DNA of 64,000 nt from Elsinoe ampelina (Eukaryota). Shown piece by piece: positions 1 through 11,419 of this stretch. The first letter of the stretch is position 1. Each line of letters starts with the position of its first letter. Below the pieces are notes generated by a model. It was given only the letters and a program-made list of their open reading frames with translations. It had not been told where the DNA came from and did no database searches. The translations under genes and the position numbers were made by a program. Location: NCBI GenBank assembly GCA_010093995.1, contig ML992505.1, forward strand, positions 1,195,147 through 1,259,146. The letters are read 5' to 3'.

Positions 1-97
1 CCTGGTATGAGGGTGGGGGCTGAGAGTAGTTGCTTTGTTGCGGCTCCTCGAAGGAGTCGCGCGTAGGAGCCGGCTGGTACTTTGTGTTGGCAGCCAT
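1..97 (-). CDS. BXI1: 5' end of a probable Bax inhibitor-1 family protein (continues beyond window start)
   Basis: Minus strand from ATG at 97 reads MAANTKYQPAPTRDSFEEPQQSNYSQPPPSYQ, resembling the N-terminus of filamentous-fungal Bxi1 proteins; only 32 codons are visible. Confidence 0.6.
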   Translation of the reverse strand, partial: MAANTKYQPAPTRDSFEEPQQSNYSQPPPSYQ

Positions 98-516
98 GAT
101 CGATGGTGTCCGCTGTATCGAGTGGTGGGAGAGAAGAAGAGACGGCGTTGAGAGTGTGAAAGACTCTATGGACTGTCAGAGTTGATGGACGTGTGACGCT
201 GTCTCCAGAAGGCACCAGAGTCAAGCCGCAGCAGCGGACGAGCCCGATTGGCTGCAATTTCCCGAGCAGGACTGTCACGTGCAAGCAGTGAACTTCAAGT
301 CGGTCCGCGACGAATGTGGACGAGCCGACGCCGCTCCTCAAACATCAGCATTTGGCATAGCATGTTAGGCTATATCTAAAGTGACCAAGCGTAAGCATAT
401 ATATTACCTCTGCTCCAATTTCACCCCCCTACAACCCCACGTCCGTACCACTCCGCAAAGGCCCAGCACCACCAACCCACCCAAACCCTGTCTACCAACA
501 TCCACATCAAGCCAAC

Positions 517-1110
517 ATGACATCTCAAAAATGGTCTTCCTCAAACCACCCCGGCCCCATCCCCCCCGTCACCACCCCGTTCCACCTCCCCATCCCCCCC
601 AAAACCGACATCTGGGCCCGCCCCCCTTCACACGAAGTCTTCACCGCCCCGGTCCTGCACACCACCATCCCCCACTCCTCCTTCTCCCTCCTCCGCGCCA
701 CCATCACCGCCCCCTGGAAACACCAATACGACCAAGGCGGCATCCTCGTCTCCATCGTCTCCGCCTCGGGCCCCCGACGCTGGGTGAAGTGTGGCGTGGA
801 GATGCTTGATGGCACGCCGCGCGTGGGCACCGTGGCGAGGGATAATTGGGCGGATTGGTCGCTGCATCCTGTTGTGCATGGCGATGGGAGGACGGCGACG
901 GTGGAGTTTGTGAATGAAGTTGGGAAGGCGTTGTGGGTTTATTTGGTCGGGGAGGATGGGGAGAGGTATCCGCTCAGGGAGGTGGCGTGGTGGGCGGGGT
1001 TGGAGAGAGGGACGGAGTTGCAGGTTGGGGTGTATGGGGCGGCACCAGGGGAGGATGGGGGGTTGGAGGTGGAGTTCAGTGGGTTGGAGGTCAAGGCGGA
1101 TGGGAAGTAG
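517..1110 (+). CDS. DUF1349 / Ree1-like concanavalin-A-fold protein
   Basis: 197-aa ORF with family-type motifs KTDIW, QYDQGGI, WVKCGVE, VARDNWADWS and LREVAW. Confidence 0.85.
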   Translation: MTSQKWSSSNHPGPIPPVTTPFHLPIPPKTDIWARPPSHEVFTAPVLHTTIPHSSFSLLRATITAPWKHQYDQGGILVSIVSASGPRRWVKCGVEMLDGTPRVGTVARDNWADWSLHPVVHGDGRTATVEFVNEVGKALWVYLVGEDGERYPLREVAWWAGLERGTELQVGVYGAAPGEDGGLEVEFSGLEVKADGK

Positions 1111-1221
1111 GGAGTAGAGAAAGGGTTGGAGCATGATTCATTGAGTTCGTTACCGCTATGCTTCGCTTGACTGGGTGGATGCTGTAAAGGGGGTAAATAT
1201 GCTGGTGTAATGCTGGGATGC

Positions 1222-3146
1222 TCAACGGTAGCGTCCGTCCCATCGCTTGTCGCGCGAGTCGTAGACGTGCTCGTGTTCGTAGATACGCTCACGTTCGTCG
1301 TAGTGTGACCCGCCACCTGCGATAGAGACGCGGTCGGACTTTTCCTTCTCCCATTTCCGATCGACTGCGCGCTTCTGCCTCATCTGCTTGATGTCCTCGG
1401 AGATCTCAACGAGTCGAAGAACATCCTCCTGCGAAGCGTCAGCATGTTTGATTGCTATCAAGTTCGAGACCAACTCACGTATTTGAGATACTCGATGACA
1501 TAGAAGAACTTGTCTGTTTCCTCGTAATCGTAGCCTTGACGCTCAATCGCCTCCTTGACGACGAGATCTTTGGTCACCTCTGTCCACATGTCTCGACGAA
1601 GACGAGGCCCAGAATCACGCCTGATGTCGTCACGATGCGACGGTCGAGATGACATGGACCTTTTGCGGGCGACTTGCAAATCTTCTCGAACTCGATCAAC
1701 GGCACCACGTTCGCGATCGACGATGATGTCTCTTTCAAAGTATTTGTCTCCACCTTCACGGGTACCACTGGAATCTCATCAGCTCCGTCCGCCATTTGTG
1801 TGAGTGCGTATCTTACCGTCTACGAATCTCAATCTCGAGACTCTCTTCTTTCGCCTTGACTGGCGCAGGCGGAAGTGCAGGTGGAGGAGTTGGTGGCCTT
1901 GGTGGAGGTGGCGTGGGCGACCTTGCTCTTTCGATGCCTGCAAAATGTGGTCAACGAGTGTCTGTTGAAGTTACCGAGAAGCCTTACCATGATCAATGTG
2001 GTGGTGATGGGTGTAGATGTGCTGAACGATCGGAGGGCGGCGATATGGAATAGGCTCCGGAGATGGTTCGCGTTCTGGGGTGGAGATTGATTCTGGAGAC
2101 GGCTCTCTGGGCGGTGGCATAGGTGCTGGTGGAGGGCTGATTTCGCGCCTTCGGATGATGATTTGCTCGCGCTCAGATCTAGGTGGTGAGGGTGACGGTC
2201 TACGTCTGAAAACAAACTCCTCTCTCTCCCTGGCTATGGGTGGCCCAATGCTGCGCATACGTGGTTCAGGTCTACTTCTTTCTCTTTGGACAATGTCAAT
2301 CTCCTCAAGCTCGACACCTCTCGATCGCCTTGGTGGAGAGTCTCGCTCACGGATGATGAGCTCGCGACGATCCACCTCAACAGGTGGAGGTGCCACACGC
2401 TCATCGCGAATCAGAATCTCTTCTCGGTCGACCTCGCGGCGGATGGGAGGTGGCCTAGAGTCGCTACGGCGGAAGTAAATGTCTTCTTCTTCGACAAAGT
2501 CCTTTCTCCGTGGTGGTGGGGAGTAGCCGCGGCGAGAGGCTGGCGGAGAGTAGCCTCGACGTGAAGGTGGTGAAGAGCCTCGACCCCCTCCGCCTCCACC
2601 ACCACTTCTTCTGATTATGATCTCCTCATCTTCGATCTCTCTGCCCGGTCGCTCCCTTACTACTTCTCTGTACTCGACTCGTGGAGGGTCTGGGATGATA
2701 TCGTCCTTGGGGTATGGTGGTGCTCGGCTGACGGTACTGCGTCGACCGCCATCAGAGCGATCGTCTCTGATACGATCCTTGATGATGATCTCGTCCTTGA
2801 CGACTCTGTCGGGAGGAGGGGCGCCGCCTCTGCGGGATCCCACTACCGAAATATTCGTCTTGCCAGCCTCTCTTTCATAGTCCTTGATCTTCTCGTTTTC
2901 TCGAACCACTAGTGGTCCTGCCGTAGGTCTGGAATTGTAATCCTCGCGGAGAAAGTCGGGCTGTCTGGGGGCTCGTCTCTCGCTGACGACACTAGCTGCT
3001 CTTGCTGGACGTCGCTCCACTCTTTCTCGTTCAACCTCTAATTCTTCCTCATAAACACGGCGAGGTCTCGCATCGTAGTCTCGTTCGCGTCGGTCGTAGT
3101 AGCGGTCACGCTCTTCATAGCGGTCGTCATCATATCGTCGTGACAT
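1222..3146 (-). CDS. Conserved fungal Arg/Glu/Pro-rich protein, 4 exons
   Basis: 391-aa ORF joined through three GT-AG introns (donors GTAAGG, GTAAGA, GTGAGT) to WTEVTKDLVVKEAIERQGYDYEETDKFFYVIEYLKY-EDVLRLVEISEDI; stop at 1222. Confidence 0.8.
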
Positions 3147-4426
3147 CCCACAGCAAGTGAGAGGTTGGCGACCTCATGTGCGGGTCAGTGAAGTTCGTTG
3201 AGAAATGTGGTTGTGGGCGGTGAAGTAGCAGGTGACTGATGTAATCGGCACGTGCAAAAAGCTGGACTGCCCTGGTGACGGTCCGGGCGCGAGGAAAGAG
3301 GGTATGAAGCAGCGCAGGCAGGGATCAAGGAGTGAGAGGTGAGAGATGGGAAACGACAAGAGCGAATGAGAGTGACAACACAACAACCTGACCAGCAGCA
3401 AATGCAGAAGTGGAACATGCAGTAGTAGATGGCTGAATTGGCTTTGGGATGAGGCTAGAGTTGCACCAAGTTGCACCAGGACGCAGCCGAAGCTCTGTTT
3501 TGTGCTGCCCTCTTCCGTCCTCGTCTGCCACGTCGGTATTCTCGCTGCACAATGAGCAAATCTTGCATGACCTGGGATCGGCCAACAATCTCTGATTCGA
3601 GGCTCTTGTTTCGACTGGTGGATGATACTCGGCGAATGACTGGTGCGTCTTTCTGTTCTCTCTTGACAGCAGCTTTGATCAATGTTCTGTGGCTGGCAAG
3701 CGGGCCGCTAGCTGAACAGTGGGCCATCACCCGGAAGCTTCATGCAAAATAGATTGTCAATGACGCACTGGGATCGCCGTTTTCAACCGACGACGGAGTG
3801 TCGCCGTGAACATGATACAGGTACAGAAACGGTAGCCAGACATCTGCGCGGGAAGAACAGCCTCGACGCCTCGACCTTGTTCTGACAAGCACTTTGTTGT
3901 GCTGAAAAGGCATTGGCTTGCTATTTTGACATGGCCGCGAAGAAAAGGCTGGTGTTTCAGGTGCGGACTGCTTCGTTTCGTCCGTCCTGCCCCACCAATT
4001 TCGTTGTCCCGCTATCCGATGTGCGAATATGAATACTGTACAGACATGGCAGACTCTGCAATGACAACTTGTGCTTTGCCTTCTCATTTGTATAAAGTTA
4101 CCCATAGGAAAAGAAGAAAGGTACAGAATTCATTCTGCTTCCGGTCATGTGAGGCTAACTGCGGATCCGAGCATGTGATTGTGGGGTTTGACTTCCGCCT
4201 TGTCTTTGGGTTGCTTGCGCGATGAACCCAGAGACTTGTCGTCCTCGTTCGGCAACAATATCTCATCAAAGTGCTAGAAGACTCTCGTTCGTGTCCTTGT
4301 ACGCCGTTCCAGCACTTGGCCAATATTGATCCTGCAGAACCCTTGGGCAGAATCGGGACATTGACAGGCTCCGACATGATTTCGAGCACGTGACCCTGAT
4401 ATCGGTTCGCTACAAAACAACCTAGC

Positions 4427-5806
4427 ATGGACACAAGAAACCCGTTGCGACTTGATCCCGAGCCCGCTGTGCTATCTGTGTCATTCAACGAGTCCGGCAC
4501 ACGTCTGATCTGTGGTCTGGACAATGGCGTGCGCATGTTCCGTGCCCATGACTGCATCAGGACACTCAAAGAATCTCCCGAGCCCGGATATGGTGTCGCT
4601 ATAGCTGCAGCGCTTGACGATCGGTACATCGCATTGGTCGGAGGAGGAAGGAAGCCGAACTCTTCCCCGAACAAGTTGCAGTTCTGGGACAACCTTGAAA
4701 GTCGACTATTGAACACCCTGGACTTTGCCGAACCCATCCTGGGCCTACGAGTGACGGCAAAGGTGCTGGCAGTGATACTCAGAGAACGAACCGTGTATCT
4801 ACAATATACCAGAAACGGCAACACTGGATCCACACAGCTTGGGTCCGTACTGGCTGTCCACGATACAGCAGTGAACCCCTACGCCCTATGCAGTGTCCGT
4901 GGCGACATATCCGTTCTCCCTGGTCTTACCTACGGACAAGTCCAGATCATCCGACTCCACGACAAGACCAAAAAGATCATCCGTGCTCATACCTCTGAGC
5001 TGCGCCAACTCGACCTTAGTCAAGACGGCACCCTCCTCGCCACCGCGAGTAAACAAGGCACCCTCCTCCGCGTCTTCTCCACCACCACCCTTTCACGAAC
5101 CCACGAATTCCGCCGCGGCGTCGATGCAGCCATCGTCTACTCCCTCAGCATCTCTCCCCTCTCCTCCTTCCTCGCCTGCACCTCGGACAAAGGCACCCTG
5201 CACATCTTCGACCTCCGCACCACCTTCCCAGACCAAACCCCCCAGACCCAACACAAACGCACCTCCACCTCCCGGCCCCTCTCCCTCCACCCTGCCTCAA
5301 CAAAAGACTTGGATACCCTCTCCCTCCCCTCCCAATCCTCCCGCCCCCACTCTTCACACTCCACCCCCTTCGCACCCCCAGCCGACATCGCCCACTCCCC
5401 ACCCTCCACCGGGCCTAGCGCCCTCGCCGCCCTCGCAAAACTACCAGGTATGCCCCGCGCCCTCTCAGACACACGCTCCTTGACTTCCGCGCCGTACGCC
5501 CTCGGCTCGGACCCGTCGAACTGGCAAGGTCAACCGGCGTATATCACGACTACGCTACCGAACGGGCAAAAGGCACGGGTGAAGACGCCCGTCATTCCGT
5601 TGCCGGGGATGCCGGACGGGAGACCGATGAAGGGGGTGTTGTGCTGGGATCCGGAGGCGGGGGAGAGGAGGTTGTGGTGTGTTGGGGGAGGGGCGCAGGG
5701 GAGGTGGGAGGTGTTTGAGTTGAGGGGGGAGGAGGGGAGGGAGAGGTTGGGGAGGAGGGGGTGGAGGGGGTATTTGGGGAGGCAGTTTGAGGAGGATGGT
5801 GGGTAG
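4427..5806 (+). CDS. HSV2: PROPPIN WD40 phosphoinositide-binding protein (SVP1-like protein 2, Hsv2/Atg18 family)
   Basis: 459 aa; ATASKQGTLLRVF, EFRRG lipid-binding motif, SDKGTLHIFDL. Confidence 0.88.
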   Translation: MDTRNPLRLDPEPAVLSVSFNESGTRLICGLDNGVRMFRAHDCIRTLKESPEPGYGVAIAAALDDRYIALVGGGRKPNSSPNKLQFWDNLESRLLNTLDFAEPILGLRVTAKVLAVILRERTVYLQYTRNGNTGSTQLGSVLAVHDTAVNPYALCSVRGDISVLPGLTYGQVQIIRLHDKTKKIIRAHTSELRQLDLSQDGTLLATASKQGTLLRVFSTTTLSRTHEFRRGVDAAIVYSLSISPLSSFLACTSDKGTLHIFDLRTTFPDQTPQTQHKRTSTSRPLSLHPASTKDLDTLSLPSQSSRPHSSHSTPFAPPADIAHSPPSTGPSALAALAKLPGMPRALSDTRSLTSAPYALGSDPSNWQGQPAYITTTLPNGQKARVKTPVIPLPGMPDGRPMKGVLCWDPEAGERRLWCVGGGAQGRWEVFELRGEEGRERLGRRGWRGYLGRQFEEDGG

Positions 5807-8800
5807 GGCAGGACGAGAGGGGAAGGGCGGGAGGTGGTGATGTTGAGGGTGGATGTGTCACGGAGTTTTGGATTAACGTGATGGATTGTATGTGATTGCT
5901 CTTCGGTTATGGCGTTCGGAGGCGGAAATCTGTTGTGGAATCATGGGTCACTGGACACGAGTTAATGCAACGCGTTACGATACGTTCCTTGAAGTGCAGA
6001 TGTATGTTTTGCTACTGACAGCGCCTGGCACGTACCATTGATCACTGCCATGATGTCTATTACACTATGCTCGCCACGCATGGATATTTGTGACACGCCT
6101 TTGACCCAACAAAACAAGCAGGAAGACCAGACCAATGTACAAATTCAATCACCTGCTAATCAAATAATAATCACCTCTGGTAGTTTGATATCCCGAAGTC
6201 CAATATCACTTGACCAGTATCATGTACGTTTTGCTTCAATCCTGCATGCTCATTCAACGGTATGCCTTCCACTATTCACTACGCCAACCCAGCAGTGGAA
6301 ATGATCCCATGCAGTACTTGGGGTTGTCCCTGTCCTGGTATCGAGGTATTCGTCCCTCAATGTCCCGAACATTTCCCAGTGTGCTACAGAATCTTACTCT
6401 CTGAGGACAATGGGCTGGATGGATCTCGGATGTCTGCTTTGTGTGGTGTTCCAATATCAGACTCTGGTTGCGTCTCGGCGGAGCAGAAGGTCGCTACTGC
6501 AGTGGGGTTCTAAAGGTCTACGTGCTCTGCTGGTTCACCATGGCGTCCTATGATGGTCTGTTCAGATATGCTGAGTTGAGTCGGGTATTCGATTGATCAG
6601 AAAGATCTGGCTCAACCATCGGTCCTTGTAGCGTTAGATAGATGATGGATCAAGTAGTTGATGGTGTTTCGTGCTGCTTGGGCACAACTGATGGCGCGAC
6701 CTGTGTCTATGTTGCTGTCAGAGCTGACGGTCGCTGCCGCGTGATTCCTGCTAAACGCTTGAGGTATGCCAACCACGTGCTCATCTAAGATTGTTGATAC
6801 CAACGCTGAGAGGCCCCCGTGCTGGTTCATGCCCGTTTACCTTGCTGCTGTAGCTCATGCCTTTTACCTATTGCTGTAACAGTCTCGTTGCCGGGGAGTC
6901 GTCAGCGCGCAGAATCCTGTCATCATCACATGATGAATGCATAGCTTGCATCTGGAAGACACTTTGTGACAGATGCAACTTCTGTGTAGCAAGTCAACAC
7001 AAACATCACAGGTGATGCTGCATGGCGTTGAGGATGGAGGGTTGCCCAGAGGTTGGAGCTTGGTCCTCGGTTCATGCAGGCTGACGGATTTGCTCCTCCC
7101 GAAATCGGGCGGAACTTCTTCACTCCATCCATCAATTCGGTGTACAACCACAACTCGTGCACCGTGATCTTCAGCGGTTATGAGCGTCAATCAGAGAGCA
7201 TTCTGATCTCACCAATACGTTGAGGATGCTATGCAAGATGTCGCTCGACCTGAGCTCACAAAGGATGGCCTCCGGTGACGCGCATCGCCTCTCCTCGACC
7301 ACATCGCAAAGCTCTACAATGACGGCCATTGCGATAGCGACACTGCCGTGCAGCTCGAGTAGAGTAGTCGAGGATGATTAAAAACTCGAAACTTGGGGAG
7401 GATGGCGAAGAACACCTCGCGGAGGGCATTGCAGCTCCGCCCGAGTGAGCGACAACAGGACAGATAGGCGTTGCGCACCCACCCAAGCGACCGCAAGATT
7501 GTGTTCAAGCACAGCTCATATACAACAGTATATCGTAGATGAGATCGGATAGTCAGAGTCCGCCCAGCTTGACCGACGACGACAACGTGTGCGACATGCA
7601 TCAGACGCCGGACCACTCGTGGCAATCCGAGGTTCTGATGACAGCGTTGAGAGCCGCCGAGGTACCGGAGAGGACAGCCTTAAGAGCCGGGAAAAGTGAC
7701 ATGAATACATCACCGGATCAGTATACCACATCAAGTCGCCATTGCCCGGGCTGTCCATGCGGGCACGACAGCCACAGCCTGCAAGCAGCAGTGTGTCCGA
7801 AGGCGTTGACGCCCACCGCAAGCATATACAATGGTTGCCTCACAGCCTGAGTATGGCAAATCGTACAATCCGCAGGAGCAACATCAACGCCTCGTTGAAG
7901 AATGTTGCTTTGTGGACATGAACTCCTGAGTCAGGCTCGCCCAGGACCTGGGCGTGGGCCTGGCTCAGGGGACTAGGAGCTGGACCTTGAGCTGGAGCTG
8001 GAGCTGGACCTGGTCTTGGACTGGATCTGGACCAGAAAAGAACTTGGAGTTCTGATGCCACGTTCCCGTATCAAGCATCGGTCCTGATTGGACCTCCTGC
8101 ACCAGTCATACCCTTGTCGGGCATTGACTTGGCTTGACTGAGCGAGCCACGCAGACTCGCATAGAGCCTTTAGACTCGGGAGTTACTCCTGCCATGTCCA
8201 CCGAGAAATCAAAGTGACAAGCGAGAAGAACAAAATGTGGATTAACGCATCACATGGAAATGAATCTTCAGAGATGTGCCAGGAAGCTTGTGGCAAATGG
8301 CCTGGGAAACAAACAGTCGACTGACTTACATCTGATCCATAATGCCACGTCAGCCAGGTTCCAGCGCTGTTGTCCGTCTTTGTCGCTGTGGACACGATCG
8401 GCCATGGTGTAACTCATCGATAAGGTCGAATCTCTCCTTTCATGCCTGCTCATCTTCCTCGGCATGAAGAGTACTGCCGATAATCTTCGGCTGTTGGACT
8501 GTGTGGTATCTCGAGTTCGCGGGACATGTTCACCAGTACTGCTCGATAGCGATGGTAGCGAGAGGGAGTCAACGATCCAGACGCGGTCTTTGACAACTTG
8601 CCCGACCACTTCTACATGGACATAAAGCCATCCAGTCTTCCGGCCCTGTCTGTATCATGCCGATGGCGCTCTAGGTTGTGGATGGAGTGGGTCGTATTTT
8701 GCTTCCCTCGAGGAACGAAATTGTCTGCCATTGAGCCTTGCCATTTGGGCTCCAACCCTGCTCTTGATAGCCGACGCATAGTCGGCCGGAGGGATACTCC

Positions 8801-10159
8801 GTACGCGGTAGACTCATTCCGTGCCGGGAACTCTGCGTGGGCTGTCGGTATCTGAAGGGGCATTGGGATACGGTGCTGTATTCAGGTCTTCCCCAGACCT
8901 TCTCCTTGGAGTGGCTGGGAGACTGTCCCATCTTCTCGGTAGTGAATGTTGCTGCATTCCCGCCCAGTCGCTCCTGTGGTTCGGCCGCACTGTGGTGCTT
9001 GATGATGGCGAACGCGGGGCCGCTGCCAGTCCGCACACTCGAAGTCATTTGGGCCGTCAAGCGATCCGATATCAATCCATTGGGCTCGAGTCGTCCCAAT
9101 ATGTTGTGAGAGCTTCTCAAAAGCAATCCAGCTTGTCGAGAGGCATGCGTGAGGGCAAGAGCTTGGGAGACGATGCCTCCCACGGTCGCGCCCATGGAGT
9201 ACCGGTATCCTTCAGTATTCCAGCCGACATGCTCTTACTGTACGCTGTTGTCGCTACTCGCGTTTTCGATCGGCTTGCTAGGCCGGCCCTCTTTTCCTGA
9301 TCAAATTGAAGCTGACCTCGTAGCGCGTTGCGCCGGAGGTGGTTGAGATGGGACGGGATGCTCGTGTTGTCGCCACGTCGGCTTTGAGACTCGGATTGAC
9401 TGTCGATGATGTCCTTGTCCGATCATGATCGTATTGCTTCTGCTGTCCCAGTCGATTGCCGATGAATGGAACGATCGCTGTCGCCGACGGTCGTGAGTCT
9501 CCGTGAGACCGCTGAAGCTGGGAGGTGGTCGGATGAAGAGACCTGCAACACTCGGCTCTTGTTAATGCATTGTGAGCCTGTACCCGCTCTCACAAAGCTT
9601 GGAGAGTCTCCTTAAGGTTCTGTATGATGATCGACGCTTTGATTGTCAATGACCGTGTGATGGTGTCGCCACTCAAAGTCTGCTGGAGCTTTGGCGCGCT
9701 CATCGGGCACAAGAATCGGAAGCGTGAAGGCGCGACGAAACACAAAGAGCTCCGGGGCTATCCGTCACTGTCAAGGGATCCTGGAATGTAGATTCGTAGT
9801 GTGCGCCGTGATGAAGCAAGGGGCGGACCAAGTGCAATCACTGAAATGTCCGCCGCGCCCGTCTGGCAGAGCAGTGTGCGACCTGCTCGCGAAAGCTCAC
9901 TATACCGACACACGAACACGACGACATGTTCACGAGGTCTATGATACTACAGTCTGCCCTTGAAACCCTACAACGGTACTCGTTCATAGCATGAGCACTA
10001 GGCCTGCAGCCATAGACCCCTTCACCTAGACAAGGCAGCGCTACACAGGGTGCACACGTTACACACTCCACGCACATTGGACATGGGCACACACACACAG
10101 GGCCGTGATGTCGTCAAGCACTCTTCTCCGAAGTCCAGCAACAGCTAGACGATCGATGA

Positions 10160-10303
10160 AAAGACCTCAAGAGGTTGGCAAAGCAAAAATTGTTGTAACC
10201 CAGCTACCAGGGCTGGTACGCCAGACGCATCCGCTGTGCAATGGATGTTCTAGCGGTTCCGAGGCATTCATGAGGCCTGGAACTACAAGTGGCGGCACAG
10301 TAT
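10160..10303 (-). ncRNA. U1 snRNA-like variant A (5' end AUACUGUGCC)
   Basis: Minus strand AUACUGUGCCGCCAC; helix H UUGUA/UACAA; SL1 GUUCCAGGC-CUCAUGAAU-GCCUCGGAAC; SL2 CAUCC-AUUGCACAGC-GGAUG (U1A-type loop); SL3 CCAGC/GCUGG; Sm site AAUUUUUG (10184-10191); 3' hairpin ACCUC-UU-GAGGU. 3' end approximate. Confidence 0.88.
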
Positions 10304-10382
10304 GAAGAAAGAAAGAGGAAGTTTGGGGGCGAAGCAGAGGTATATATACCCTCTCACACGCGGCTCTGCGGCGGCTCTGCGG
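10304..10382 (-). promoter_or_regulatory. Promoter of U1-like A: TATA box, pyrimidine initiator and GC element
   Basis: TATATATA at 10341-10348, CTTCCTCTTTCTTTCTTC abutting the start, tandem GCGGCTCTGCG(G) (+ strand) at 10360-10382. Confidence 0.7.
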
Positions 10383-10539
10383 CTCGCAGAATCCTGTTTC
10401 TCCGTTGCACGGGCGACGAGAGGGCCACACGTAGCGCCACACGTCAGCTCAAACCAGGAAATGACTCTTCTCCGAGGTCCGGCAGCAGCCAGAACAATCG
10501 ATGAAAATGTCTCCAAGGCAAGAATCATCGCAAGGATGG

Positions 10540-10699
10540 GACGCCCTGAAGAGAAGGGTAAAGCAAAAATTACGCACAACCCTGGCGTCCCTACTTACCT
10601 TACTTACCCTGGGGTGGGACGCACAGAGACACATGGGTCCGAAGATGCCATGCGGAAGCAGAGACTTCATGATCTCTCCACTCCTGTGCAAGAAAGTAT
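10540..10699 (-). ncRNA. U1 snRNA-like variant B (5' end AUACUUUCUU; tandem 5' splice sites in SL3 loop)
   Basis: Helix H GCACA/UGUGC; SL1 GGAGUGGAGA-GAUCAUGAAG-UCUCUGCUUCC (U1-70K-type loop); short SL2 with UUCG and no AUUGCAC; SL3 GCGUCCC...GGGACGC; Sm site AAUUUUUG (10564-10571) followed by CUUUACCC. 3' end approximate. Confidence 0.88.
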
Positions 10700-10763
10700 G
10701 AAGAAAGAGAGAGGAAGAGTGGTGTGTGGGAGAAATATATATCCCCTGCATGCGGCTCTGCGG
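10700..10763 (-). promoter_or_regulatory. Promoter of U1-like B
   Basis: ATATATATTT at about 10733-10742, CTTCCTCTCTCTTTCTTC initiator, GCGGCTCTGCGG (+ strand) at 10752-10763, shared with copy A. Confidence 0.68.
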
Positions 10764-11419
10764 GACCTCGGATCACGCAGCCGTTGATTCGGCGGCCAGA
10801 GTGGAAGATCATGGAATCAGAGAGCTGTTTTGGCTTTGCATTGCCAGCGCACTGTAAAGGATCAGGGCAATGTAGCCAAGGGCTGCCTTGTCTAACTCAG
10901 GCAGTAGCAAGCTCCGCGCGAGAGATGACCGCGTGCGAGGCTTCTGGCAGTGGTGGAGAGCCCTCGAGGTCACTGCCAAAGCGCTTGCCATCACTGCTGG
11001 AGGTGATTGGCGAGATCTCCTTGCTACGCAGCCGTGAAGGGCGCTCCTGTCGTCACCGTGATATTTGGATTGCCTTCTGGGATGACATTGAGAAACGCTC
11101 TGCCTTCTGGAACGAGATGCCCATGACCCCGAAAGCCACCGTGAATTTGGATTGCGTGGAAAGCCTCACATCTGCGAACCACAGTCTGCTGCTTCATGGC
11201 GAGGAAGGCCAGGCGCACAAAGCTTCATGGTGATATCCAAGGACTTGATCGCCTGACATGGACTTAATTGTGTGCAACTTCATGCAGAGTACAGGGCTCA
11301 GGTCAGAGATCATGCGAGGGCTTCAAGAATCACGTCGCACAAAGGTCAAGGTCAAGGACAGATGCGAAATCACACGAGAGCGCAAACATCATGAGTACTC
11401 CCCTCCGAGACAAGGCGAT

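Noticed and set aside
4084..4833. 249-aa antisense ORF, and similar shadow ORFs over DBP9, DOA10 and the BTB gene
   Set aside because: Antisense or alternate-frame shadows of well-supported genes in GC-rich, skewed sequence.
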